DNA from: an uncultured Spirochaetota bacterium
GTDB lineage: Bacteria; Spirochaetota; UBA4802; UBA5550
Direction of reading: 5' to 3'
Length of the DNA: 64,000 nt
NCBI GenBank assembly: GCA_963827275.1
Contig: CAWHAA010000004.1
Coordinates: 64,001 to 128,000 of the forward strand
The notes under the pieces were generated by a model that worked only from the letters and a program-made list of their open reading frames with translations, made no database searches and was not told where the DNA came from. Numbering within the stretch: position 1 is the first letter of the stretch; each line of letters begins with the position of its first letter. Below, one piece after another: positions 39,446 through 49,260 of this stretch. The translations under genes and the position numbers were made by a program.

Positions 39446-40063
39446 ATGAGAAGATATTCTATCGCAAATTTTATTATTCGTATTTCCATCCTCCTCCTCT
39501 GCCTCTCTTTCACAGGCTGGGGCGACTCGTGGGACCAGATCAAAACAACGGCAACAAGCATCAGCTCCGTGCAGGCAGAGTTCACGCAGAAAAAGCATAT
39601 GGAGATCCTGGCAAGGCCGCTCGTTGCCAGGGGGAAGCTCTATTTCAAGGTGCCGCGGTCATTGCGCTGGGAATACCTCACCCCCGTTAACAGCATACTC
39701 CTGATGCACGGCGGGTCCGTGACGCGCTACGTCAGGAAGGGCGGATCGGTGACCAGGGACTCCTCCGCGCAGCTCCAGTCGATGCAGATCGTGCTCCAGG
39801 AGATCACCCTCTGGATGAAGGGGGACTTCGACGCGAACCCGTCGTTCAGGCCGGAGCTCAGGCCGGGGCGGATCATTGTGCTTACGCCGAAAGAAAAATC
39901 GATGGCCGACATCATCCAGCGCATCGAGCTGAAGCTGTCATCGGAGCCGGGCGTGATACGGTCCGTGACCATCTATGAGAGCAAAAAGTCATACACCGTG
40001 ATAGATTTCACCCGGGTGACGATGAACGCGCCGCTCCCCGAGTCCCTGTTCAGGGGCCTGTGA
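39446..40063 (+). CDS. LolA-like lipid/lipoprotein carrier
   Basis: Signal peptide, AEFTQKK, GKLYF...LRWEY and C-terminal LPESLF. Confidence 0.85.
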   Translation: MRRYSIANFIIRISILLLCLSFTGWGDSWDQIKTTATSISSVQAEFTQKKHMEILARPLVARGKLYFKVPRSLRWEYLTPVNSILLMHGGSVTRYVRKGGSVTRDSSAQLQSMQIVLQEITLWMKGDFDANPSFRPELRPGRIIVLTPKEKSMADIIQRIELKLSSEPGVIRSVTIYESKKSYTVIDFTRVTMNAPLPESLFRGL

Positions 40064-40711
40064 TGCGGTCACCGGCCGCCGTCCTCATACTGCCGCTCGC
40101 CCTCGCCTGCGCGGGACTTCCCCGCATCACGCCCGGGGGCGAAAAAGAAAAAGCGGACATCGTGAAGGGAAGCCTCGCGCCGTTCCTGACGTCTCCGCGG
40201 CGGCTCGTCCACTCGATAGACGGCACCCTCCCCGGGGGCTCCCGCGCCACCCTGATCGGCATCTCCGCGGCAGAACCGGGCACCGGTAAAATCCGCTGCA
40301 CGCTGATGTCGATCGAGGGACTGGTGCTCCTCGACGCGGTGTACGACGGTACGCTCGCCATCAACAGGGGAATCGGCCCCCTCGCGAAGCCCGACCTGGT
40401 CAGGGGGATGCTGCGCGACATACGGCTCATCCTCTTCAGGCCGGCCGGAGCGGTCGAGGATGCGGGCGTGCTCCGTGACGGGAGCCGCGCCTGCCGGTAC
40501 CGTTCAGGCGAAGGGGTGATTGATGTCGATCATTAAAGAAGGCGGGGCGATAGAATTGATTTCATATGACGGGTCGTCGAAAGCAGTGCGGCGGGTGGTT
40601 TTTTCAGACGAACGTAAAAACGGCGTGCCGGCGACTATCCGGCTCACCGCGTCAGGGATGTTCGGTTATACGCTGGACCTTGACCTGATCGAAGCGGAGC
40701 CCCTGCGCTGA
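40060..40711 (+). CDS. putative lipoprotein partner of the LolA-like carrier, split by a frameshift near 40529
   Basis: Lipobox-like ALA-C. ORFs 40060-40536 and 40520-40711 join after removing one base (GVIDV-IIKEGG). Confidence 0.6.
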
Positions 40712-40715
40712 ATGT

Positions 40716-43700
40716 TTATTTCATTTCGGAAGCGCTGATCGCGCGGTCCGACGGCGTTCCGTTGCCTTTTGCGGGGGCCGGTGCGCGCACGGAAAATATG
40801 TTCTCCCTGCCGCGCTCGAACGAAAACGATCCCCCGAGCTGGCGGGCCAGCATCTTCACCAGGAGCGTCCCGAACCCCTTCGGTTTGTCCAGGTCGAAAT
40901 CGGCGGGCGGACCGGCACCGTCGTCCGATACCGCGAGTTCTATCCAGCCGCCCGTCTCCCGGAGCCTCACCCGGATGGTGCCGGACCCTCCCCGCGGGAA
41001 GGCGTATTTCAGCGCATTGGTCAGCAGCTCGTTCGTGACAAGCCCCCAGGCCGTGGCGTTTTTCGGTGATACCGCAAGGGGCTCGCATTCCCTCTCAATG
41101 GTTATCGCGCTCATGCCGGACAGATACGTGGCTGTCAGGGATGAGATGATCGACTGGATGTATTCGTCGAGGTTCACGAGCGCGGCCCGGTCGGGCCGGG
41201 AAAAGAGCGAGTAGAGCTGCGCCAGGGAGTCTATCCGCCCCTTGAGGCTTTCAAGCGCCGTGAGCGCGCCGGCGTTCTCCGGCCGGTCCATCTCGAGCGA
41301 GATCAGGCTTATGATCATGGAAAGGCTGTTTTTCATCCTGTGCTGGAGCTCGTGGAACAGCGCGTCCTTTTCGCGCAGGGAATTTTCGAGCGCGGCGGCG
41401 GCCAGCTTCCTTTCGGTTATATCGCGGATGATTGTAAAAAGGTGCTCGTATCTCTTTTCCTGGAGACTGGCGCTGACTTCCACGTCAATGGTGGTACCGT
41501 CTTTCCTCCGGTGGCGGGTTTCGAAGCGCATGGACCCCTCCTGGAGAAATTTATTGGCGCGAAGTACCATCTCCTCAAGATTAAAATTGACATCGAGGTC
41601 CGTGAGATGCATGCTCAGCAGCTCCTCCCTGCTGTAGCCGAGCATCTTCGTGTAGGTGTCGTTGGCTTCCACGACGAGTCCGGTCTTGTCCAGTATGATG
41701 AAACCGTCACTGGCGTTCTGCATGAAGGCCGTATAGCGCTCTTCCGACCGCTTGCGCTCGGTAATGTCGGTATGGGTGCCGATCACCCGCAGGGGCCTGC
41801 CGTCCGGGGTGCGGCTCATGATTTTACCGCGGTCCAGTATCCACCGGTATTCGCCGTTCTTGCATCGTATGCGGTGCTCGTTTATATAGACTGGTATCGT
41901 GCCGTCTAAATGCCGCTTGAGATCGGCATACACGCGCTCCCGGTCGTTCGGGTGGATCCGGCTGTCCCATTCATCGAGCGCCGTGCCGATTTCATGCTCC
42001 GCATAGCCGAGCATCGCCTTCCACTGCCGTGAAAAAAACACTTCACTGGTCTGGACGTTCCAGTCCCATACGCCGTCCCCGGCGCCCTCGAGCGCGAAAA
42101 GCCAGCGCTCCTCGCTTTCCCGCAGCGCCTTCTCGGCCAGCTTGCGCTCGGTGATATCGCGCGCGGAGGAGACATGCAGGGAACGCTCGCCGGACCAGAA
42201 GAACTGGGCCCGCACCTCTACCGGGTACTCGGTACCGTCCTTGCGCCGGTGCACGCTCTCGAAAACCGTTGACCCGCCCTGGCGGTTGTTATGATAGCGC
42301 GCCATGTCAGCTTCCCACTGCTTCCTAGAAAGGGAGGGGTTGATGTCCCACAGGTCCATGCCCAGCAGCTCCTCCCTCGTGTACCCGAGCGAGCGGCATG
42401 CTTCCTCGTTGACGTATTCGAACCCTCCGTCATGGGTAAGCCAGAACACGATTTCGGTGGACTGGTCAATGGTCTGCTGGAACTTGTTCAGGTATTCTTC
42501 AGCCCGCTTCTGCTCGGTAATATCCGCCAGGAACCCCCTGAGTCCCGCCGGGCGGCCGTCACGGATAATGATGGAGGTGTTGATCAGGACCGGGAACCTG
42601 GTCCCGTTCTTTGTCCTGGCGGTGTACTCGGTCAGGCCGGTCAATTCGCCCCTCAGGGCCTTCCCGTAATTCTCTATGCCCCGCTGGTGCTCCTCGGGGA
42701 CGATGATGTCCAGGAAGGTCAGTCCCCGTTCCACTTCTTCACTTGTGTAACCGAACCGCGCAAGCGAGGGCTCGTTCACGAAGGTGATCCTGCCCTGCAG
42801 GTCGGTCTCGAACACGGTCTCCGGCAGATTGTGCAGGAGGCTGCTGAATCGTTCCTCGTTTTGCCTGATGGTTTCTTCCATGTGAAGGCGTTCGGTGATG
42901 TCCATGATCGAAGAAACGCTCTCTTTCGTCCCCGGGATCATGGAGATGCTCAAGGATAAATGCTTGATCTCTCCGGACTTGGTCTTCGCCCTGAATTCAT
43001 AGATTTGCGGTGTGGCCTCGGGGTCGGTCCTTCGCCGGTAGTGATACTTTTTCATCTTCTCCAGGTCTTCCTCGACAACCAGGGCGGTCCAGCTCATCCT
43101 GCCTTCAAGCTCCTCCCTGGTGTACCCCGTGAGCTTTTCGAAATTTGAATTTACGAGAATAAATATTGTATCTTCACCCACAATGCTGTTGGCGGTGGCG
43201 GCTTTTTCAAAGATAGTGCGGTATTTTTCTTCGCTGCACCGTATCAATTCTTCCGCGAGCTTGCGCTCCGCCAGCGCTTCGGTAAGCTGGGCCTCGCGCT
43301 GCTTCAAGTCACGGTGCGCGTCATGGAGTTTGAAGGCCATGCGTATGGACGCGAGAAGGACGGTTTCCCCGGAGTTTTTAACGACGTAGCCGTAGGAGGT
43401 GATCCGTTCCGTCTTTTCAACCACCGCCGGCTCGGTATGGTTGGAGAGAAAAAGCACGGGAATATCGAGGTGGTCCAGTATGACCTCCGCGGCCCGGGTG
43501 CCGTCCATTCCCTTGCCGAGATCGATGTCCATCAATACCAGGTCTATCCCCGGATGGAAGGCGGCTGTTTCTATGGCTTCCTCGCCTGAATGCGCAATGA
43601 GAACGGCATACCCGTGCCGCTCAAGTGTGTGCGTCTCCTCCAGGGCAATTATTGCTTCATCATCGACGATGAGGATGGTCTTTCTGCTGTCGTTACTCAT
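40716..43700 (-). CDS. REC-multi-PAS hybrid histidine kinase (HisKA_2/HWE-like)
   Basis: N-terminal receiver (VDDE, LMDIDL), about five PAS repeats ending DITE, ELQHRMKNSL, NELLTNALKYAF and DDGAG. Confidence 0.9.
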   Translation of the reverse strand: MSNDSRKTILIVDDEAIIALEETHTLERHGYAVLIAHSGEEAIETAAFHPGIDLVLMDIDLGKGMDGTRAAEVILDHLDIPVLFLSNHTEPAVVEKTERITSYGYVVKNSGETVLLASIRMAFKLHDAHRDLKQREAQLTEALAERKLAEELIRCSEEKYRTIFEKAATANSIVGEDTIFILVNSNFEKLTGYTREELEGRMSWTALVVEEDLEKMKKYHYRRRTDPEATPQIYEFRAKTKSGEIKHLSLSISMIPGTKESVSSIMDITERLHMEETIRQNEERFSSLLHNLPETVFETDLQGRITFVNEPSLARFGYTSEEVERGLTFLDIIVPEEHQRGIENYGKALRGELTGLTEYTARTKNGTRFPVLINTSIIIRDGRPAGLRGFLADITEQKRAEEYLNKFQQTIDQSTEIVFWLTHDGGFEYVNEEACRSLGYTREELLGMDLWDINPSLSRKQWEADMARYHNNRQGGSTVFESVHRRKDGTEYPVEVRAQFFWSGERSLHVSSARDITERKLAEKALRESEERWLFALEGAGDGVWDWNVQTSEVFFSRQWKAMLGYAEHEIGTALDEWDSRIHPNDRERVYADLKRHLDGTIPVYINEHRIRCKNGEYRWILDRGKIMSRTPDGRPLRVIGTHTDITERKRSEERYTAFMQNASDGFIILDKTGLVVEANDTYTKMLGYSREELLSMHLTDLDVNFNLEEMVLRANKFLQEGSMRFETRHRRKDGTTIDVEVSASLQEKRYEHLFTIIRDITERKLAAAALENSLREKDALFHELQHRMKNSLSMIISLISLEMDRPENAGALTALESLKGRIDSLAQLYSLFSRPDRAALVNLDEYIQSIISSLTATYLSGMSAITIERECEPLAVSPKNATAWGLVTNELLTNALKYAFPRGGSGTIRVRLRETGGWIELAVSDDGAGPPADFDLDKPKGFGTLLVKMLARQLGGSFSFERGRENIFSVRAPAPAKGNGTPSDRAISASEMK

Positions 43701-43875
43701 TGGAGAAAACAAAAAATAGTTGATATGGATGCACTGTGAAAAACATTAATAACAAATTTATCTTTATTACACAGAAAAAATCAATATAAAAATTTCGGCC
43801 CGCCGGATTCCCTGAAAATGTCTTGACATGCTCTATAATTGCAAAAATAGCTTGTCTTTTGATCAGGAGAAAGGA

Positions 43876-45135
43876 ATGAAATTCAGGCTCATCTATCCGC
43901 GGTGGGAGAAGCTCCCCGGGCAGACCACCTTCAACCTGCCCCCGCACGGGCCAGCGGTGATGGCCGCCGCCCTGCCGGATTACGTCGATGTCGAATTCAT
44001 CGACGAGAACCTGGAGCGCGTGAACTTCGACGACCCGGTCGATTTTGTCGGCATATCCATGATGCTCACCACCCAGGTGAAGCGGGGATGGGAGATCGCG
44101 GACGAATACCGCAGGCGCGGCGTGAAGGTTATTTTCGGCGGCATCTCAACCATGCTCCACGCGGAAGAGACCGCCGGGCACGCGGACGCCGTGTTCATGG
44201 GGGAGGCCGAGGGAAAAATGGAGGAGGTGTTTGCGGATTTCAGGAACAATCGCCTGAAAAAGCTCTACGCCTTCATGGACGACCTCCCGCCCATCGAGAC
44301 CGTGGGGCCGGCCCGCCGGAGCATCTACAAGCGCGACCTCTATTACTACAAGGGGGTGCAGATGGTGGACCTGGTCCACGCCTCGCGCGGGTGCCGGTTC
44401 AACTGCTATCCCTGCGCCGTGGCCTACCTGGGGGGAAGAAAGTTCAGGCCCCGTCCCATTGAACGGGCGATCGAGGAGATGGCGCTTACCGACAACAATC
44501 GCCTGTTCGTGGTGGACAATTCCCTCGCGCAGGACACGCAGTGGGAAAAGGACCTCTTCCGGGAGATGATCCCGCTGAAAAAGAACTGGTGCTGCCACAC
44601 CATCGAGGACAAGCCGGAGGTGCTCGACCTGGCGCGGCAGGCCGGGGCGTGGTACGTGTACCAGGCCGTCTTCGACACGTCGGACTTCATCAAGGAGCGC
44701 ATCAAGCGCTACCACGACCACGATATCGCGGTGGAGGGGACGATCCTCCTGGGCCTCGATGACCACGACGAGGACTACGTCAAGCGGCTCATCGATTTTC
44801 TCCTGGAGATCGACCTCGATCTCGCGGAGTTCACCGTGCTCACGCCCTTCCCTCACACCAGGGCCTACACCGAGCTTGAGGCGCAGGGCCGGATTTTTGA
44901 CCATGACTGGAACCACTTCAACGCGGCCAACGTGGTGTATACCCCGAAGCTCATGAGCCCGGAGCGGCTCAAGGAGCTCTATCACTTCGCATGGGAGCGC
45001 TTTTACCAGGACGAGCCCCAGCAGATGAAGATGTTCAAGCTGATACAAAAAGTGGTGGAGCGGGAGCGCGCGGCGGGCACATACCGGCCCCGGCGCCGCG
45101 ACCTGATGCGGAAGGCCTTCGGTGAAGCCCTGTAG
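43876..45135 (+). CDS. B12-binding radical SAM protein
   Basis: Cobalamin-binding N-domain (VIFGGI, GEAE) and SRGCRFNCYPC. Confidence 0.88.
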   Translation: MKFRLIYPRWEKLPGQTTFNLPPHGPAVMAAALPDYVDVEFIDENLERVNFDDPVDFVGISMMLTTQVKRGWEIADEYRRRGVKVIFGGISTMLHAEETAGHADAVFMGEAEGKMEEVFADFRNNRLKKLYAFMDDLPPIETVGPARRSIYKRDLYYYKGVQMVDLVHASRGCRFNCYPCAVAYLGGRKFRPRPIERAIEEMALTDNNRLFVVDNSLAQDTQWEKDLFREMIPLKKNWCCHTIEDKPEVLDLARQAGAWYVYQAVFDTSDFIKERIKRYHDHDIAVEGTILLGLDDHDEDYVKRLIDFLLEIDLDLAEFTVLTPFPHTRAYTELEAQGRIFDHDWNHFNAANVVYTPKLMSPERLKELYHFAWERFYQDEPQQMKMFKLIQKVVERERAAGTYRPRRRDLMRKAFGEAL

Positions 45136-45137
45136 CC

Positions 45138-45962
45138 CTATTTTTGAATGACAACGACCGTGCAGTCGTCGAATTCTTTTATCTCCTTGTGTCCGGCACG
45201 GATTCTTTCCATTAATTCTTTAACCTGCCCCGTGTTGCGATAGGGGAGCGAGTCCGGCACACTGTCTGTCAGTGTCTTTTTATCCAGGCCCATTTCCCTG
45301 CCGGTTTTGAACAGGGCATTGATCCATTTTCGTTCGGTCCTGAACTCCTTTGGCTGTGTCAGTCCGACAATTAACCATTCGAAATTAACCCGCGCCATGC
45401 TTTTCCCTGTCCATTTCTGTATGGGAATGGCGCAGAGGGGCGGGAATTTCTCCGCTATTTCATTGATCTCGAAGATCCTCTTCATGCGGTACATGCTGCC
45501 TGAGTCAATGACGCCGATTTTCCTGTAGATTTTTTCTATGCGTCCGGGTATTTTATAAAAAGCTACAAAAATATTTCCCCTCCTGCGGCAAACCCTTTTT
45601 GCTTCGTCTATGAAGGCGGTGATTGCCGCTTCATCGGCGCCATAGTCGACCACGCCTGACGAAATGATGACCGTGGAGTATGAATCATCCTTGAATGGAA
45701 GTTTCCCGGCATCTCCTTCAACTATATCGAGATTATATTTTTCTTTCGCGACTTTTACCATGTCCGGATTTATGTCAAGGCCCGTTACCCTGATGCCTTT
45801 TCCCTTCAGATACCGGACGATAAGACCCTGGCCCGCGCCGATAACCAGGACATCGGGTTTTATCCGGTCAATAAGTGACCCGGTTGGCTTGGTGCCGAAG
45901 TGCCTGTCTTCAATATGGTCCCATACCGGGGCCCAGGTGCTCCACCATTTGTCCGCTTCCAT
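45138..45962 (-). CDS. class I SAM-dependent methyltransferase
   Basis: LVIGAGQG, GLDIN and GDAGKLPF. Confidence 0.82.
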   Translation of the reverse strand: MEADKWWSTWAPVWDHIEDRHFGTKPTGSLIDRIKPDVLVIGAGQGLIVRYLKGKGIRVTGLDINPDMVKVAKEKYNLDIVEGDAGKLPFKDDSYSTVIISSGVVDYGADEAAITAFIDEAKRVCRRRGNIFVAFYKIPGRIEKIYRKIGVIDSGSMYRMKRIFEINEIAEKFPPLCAIPIQKWTGKSMARVNFEWLIVGLTQPKEFRTERKWINALFKTGREMGLDKKTLTDSVPDSLPYRNTGQVKELMERIRAGHKEIKEFDDCTVVVIQK

Positions 45963-46105
45963 TGCATCCTCGCACGGTCATGTATTTTTTGAAAACCTGT
46001 TCCTGTGAATTCATAGGGTCGTACGTTAGTTGAGCAATAGTCAACATATTTTTGAGAACAATGGACTGAGCCGTGCCCGACCCGGATTCACCGATAACTA
46101 TCGGT

Positions 46106-46981
46106 TTACCCTTCTCCCCGGGTATTCCGGGCAAGGTCAACGGCCGCGGCGCGCTCCTTCGTGCGGCCGCTGAAGGACATTTTGGGCGCCGGCGTCTCCG
46201 GCCTGGCTTTTATTGTCACCTCGCCGCCCGTGTTCAAGTTTTTCCCAATATGCGCTTTTCGCGCCGGTTGCATCTTCAGGTAAAGCCTGCCCAGCCTTCC
46301 CAGGGGCACCCTCTCGCCCAGGAGCATGCCGCTTTCTATAATCATCAGGTAATCGTCAATGATCTTCCTGGCTTCCTTCCGTGTAATGTCATTTCGCGCC
46401 GCCACCTGCTGGATTATGGATTTTGTTGTAAATTGCAGGTCTTCCAGGTCCTTGTTGATGGTGAGCGACTTGTTTATTCTCACAAAGCCGTTGGTCAGGA
46501 AGAGCACGGCCTCGTGTAACCTCATTTCCTGCTCCTCCGGTCCTACCCCGTCGCGGCATACCGCTATCTTGAAAAGGGCCGATGTGCTTTTTATGACACC
46601 GGTTTCGAACTCGAGTATGTTATCGGTTCCGGTATCGGCCTTTATTTTTGCTTCCGCGGTTTTTAACATTTCCGGCACATCCGCGCGCAGCTTTATGCTG
46701 TAGTACTCCATCCAGCGCTGCCCGTCGCGCGGCGGGCCCAGGCTGATGAGGGAGCCGGAATATGTCAGTGCCAGCGCGCCCCTGGGGTCGTCCGCGGCGA
46801 ACATGCCGGTCTCTGTCATGTCCAGAGATTTAATCTGGGCCTCGAATAGATTCCTCTTGTCGATCCAGTTTCTGGAGATGTCTTCAAGCGATTCCTCATT
46901 CTCCGGGAGCCCGGAGGAACGCATAATCTCGCGCAGGTGCTCCTGGATATGCCCGGGCAGGGCGGTGAATGCTTGTTCCAT
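46106..46981 (-). CDS. HU/IHF-family DNA-binding domain fused to an N-terminal domain of unknown function
   Basis: C-terminal ~95 aa TTKSIIQQVA...ERVPLGRLGRL...ARKAHIGKNLNTGGEVTIKAR. N-terminal ~190 aa is homologous to the 47314 ORF. Confidence 0.85.
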   Translation of the reverse strand: MEQAFTALPGHIQEHLREIMRSSGLPENEESLEDISRNWIDKRNLFEAQIKSLDMTETGMFAADDPRGALALTYSGSLISLGPPRDGQRWMEYYSIKLRADVPEMLKTAEAKIKADTGTDNILEFETGVIKSTSALFKIAVCRDGVGPEEQEMRLHEAVLFLTNGFVRINKSLTINKDLEDLQFTTKSIIQQVAARNDITRKEARKIIDDYLMIIESGMLLGERVPLGRLGRLYLKMQPARKAHIGKNLNTGGEVTIKARPETPAPKMSFSGRTKERAAAVDLARNTRGEG

Positions 46982-47313
46982 AATAGCTCCTGTTATGTTG
47001 TAATAGATTGCATTGAAAAATTATTCATACAGTAAATGAATCATTAATACATATAAAAATTTTCCGGTGATAACAATATTTTTATTCCGGAACGTGCTGA
47101 AAATATTGGAATGTACGCCGGGCGGGGAACAAATTTCACATTTTTTCCCAAATAGACTCCTGATAATACTAAAAAATCGGGGAATTCGCCTGAAAAAATA
47201 TTTTTTTCATCCCGGATGTTGACGCTGGTCTGAATTATCCGTATATTTACTGGTTTTTTGGTCGCTCGTATCCGGCCATAAACAATAATAAAATAACAGA
47301 TATGGAGGAAATT

Positions 47314-47850
47314 ATGGGTGAGCATTTCGAACAGATACCACAAAACATTCAGGGGCACATCAAAGACATATTAAAAACCTCGGGACTGCCTGAAACCGAG
47401 GAGTCGCTTGACGTTATGTCCGAGGCCTGGCTCAAAAAAAAGGAGGCATTTGAAACAGAGATAGAAAAGCTCGAAATGGAAGAGGTCGACATGCTGGCGC
47501 GGGACGATACCCACGGCGCCCTGGTGCTGACCTACTCGGGCTCTCTGGTGAATATCGGCCCTCTTTCGGAGAGTGGCAGGAAGGTTGAATACGTGAGCAT
47601 AGGAATCAGACAGGACGTTCCGGAAAGCGCGGAGGAAGACAATTCCATGCTCGCGGGAGACGTTTTTAAAGACGAAGAGGTGGAGTTTGACAAGGGCCCG
47701 GTACAGGTGACTTCGGCAGCGTATAAGATCGCGCTGTGCAAGAACCCTAAAAACGCGAAGCAGGAGACGAAATCTCTGTCAAAAGCGACGATGATTCTGT
47801 CAAATAAATTCAGCGATATAAATAAAACGGTCATCAGCAGCGAGTTTTAA
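47314..47850 (+). CDS. hypothetical acidic protein, free paralog of the HU-fused domain
   Basis: Shares SGLPExEESL, GALxLTYSGSL, EYxSIxxRxDVPE and TSAxxKIAxC with the 46106 ORF; GGAGG RBS. Confidence 0.85.
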   Translation: MGEHFEQIPQNIQGHIKDILKTSGLPETEESLDVMSEAWLKKKEAFETEIEKLEMEEVDMLARDDTHGALVLTYSGSLVNIGPLSESGRKVEYVSIGIRQDVPESAEEDNSMLAGDVFKDEEVEFDKGPVQVTSAAYKIALCKNPKNAKQETKSLSKATMILSNKFSDINKTVISSEF

Positions 47851-48103
47851 CAGCTCTCACTGCACGGCAGATTTGCTGCTCAACGTGCCGGTTGCATGAT
47901 TTTGAAGGGACTGACCCTGCCGGTCCGGACCTTCATGATGATGAACCGGCAATTTTGCAGCAATTCCTGCTGTAATTTTAAACGGGACGAGCATGATGGG
48001 CGCGTTGGCGGCCCTTTCGTATGCCTGTTGAAGCTGATGACGGGATCCGACTACATTAATATTACATTGCGGACCGGACAAAAACAATGCAGTCCGAGTG
48101 CTT

Positions 48104-49144
48104 ATGGAAATGACATATACCTGTCTGGAAAAAGAACTGATACATATATACGAGCGGGATCATACACCGGGTGTGGCCGAACTGGGCAGGCTGACAGCGG
48201 AAACAAATAACCTGTTCATGCGCGAGGATCCGGATATGAGGCCCCGGGACAGTGCGGGTCTTCCGGGCGGGATCATCTGTTTAAACCGTGATATACCCTG
48301 CATCCTTCTCCCGGACATACACGCCCGGCTGGATTTTCTTCTCAGCGTGCTGTTGGCAAGGGATGATACCGGAGTCAACTGCCTGGAGCGCCTGTTTGGC
48401 AATGAAATCCAGATCGTCTGCCTGGGCGACGGGATGCATTCGGAAGGAAGGGCGTACGAACGGTGGAATGCGGCAGCCAGGGAGTTTTTCAGTAATTATC
48501 GCAGGCACCGCAACATGGATGACGAGATGCGCGAAAGCCTGGGTATCATGGAAATGGTAATGCTCCTTAAAAACGCGTTCCCGCGGAATTTTCATTTTTT
48601 AAAAGGCAACCATGAAAATATAACCAATGAAGACGACAACGGCAACCATCCCTATGTCAAGTACGCCTTCGAAGGAGAAATGGTCGCCCTGTACATGGCC
48701 ATGTTTTACGGGCCGGATTTCGTGGGCCACTATCGCCGGTTTGAGGGGAACCTGCCGGTCCTTGCGGTGGGAAAAAATTTCATGGTATCGCATGCGGAGC
48801 CGGCCGGCTATTATTCCCGTGAAGAAGTAATCAATTACCGGACCAACCCGCTGGTCGTTGAAGGGCTTACGTGGACCGACAACGATGCAGCGGAAGAGGG
48901 GAGCGTGGCCTGTATGCTGTCTGAATACCTGGGACCTGACGCGGACCGCGGCTTCTATTTCGGCGGCCACCGGCCGGTGGCCGCACGCTATGACAAACGG
49001 GCCGATGGAAAATATATTCAGATCAATAGCCCGGATAAATTTATTATTGCAAAAATCGATCCGCTGAAGGATATCTCTTTAGAAGAAGATGTCATAGAGA
49101 TCGAAAACTCCGCATCACGAATCGTGAGCGATTATGGCGGATGA
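48104..49144 (+). CDS. calcineurin-like metallophosphoesterase (PPP-type)
   Basis: DIH, LGD, GNHE, SHA and GGH motifs. Confidence 0.85.
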   Translation: MEMTYTCLEKELIHIYERDHTPGVAELGRLTAETNNLFMREDPDMRPRDSAGLPGGIICLNRDIPCILLPDIHARLDFLLSVLLARDDTGVNCLERLFGNEIQIVCLGDGMHSEGRAYERWNAAAREFFSNYRRHRNMDDEMRESLGIMEMVMLLKNAFPRNFHFLKGNHENITNEDDNGNHPYVKYAFEGEMVALYMAMFYGPDFVGHYRRFEGNLPVLAVGKNFMVSHAEPAGYYSREEVINYRTNPLVVEGLTWTDNDAAEEGSVACMLSEYLGPDADRGFYFGGHRPVAARYDKRADGKYIQINSPDKFIIAKIDPLKDISLEEDVIEIENSASRIVSDYGG

Positions 49145-49260
49145 AAATCGAGCGAAACCGTGATTGTCGGCTTTTGTGTATGATTGGAAACGTGGATGCG
49201 CCTGATGTATAAAAAACAACGCCGGCGTAATTATTTAATATCCGTATAACAGGAAGAAGC

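Noticed and set aside
40520..40540. Programmed frameshift in the lipoprotein gene
   Set aside because: No slippery sequence is visible; a single-base indel error is more parsimonious given other indels in the window.
14941..45135. Calling the cluster a true ladderane or canonical aryl-polyene pathway
   Set aside because: Gene-family resemblance only: no anammox context, no ammonia-lyase or glycosyltransferase in the window, and the product cannot be deduced from sequence.
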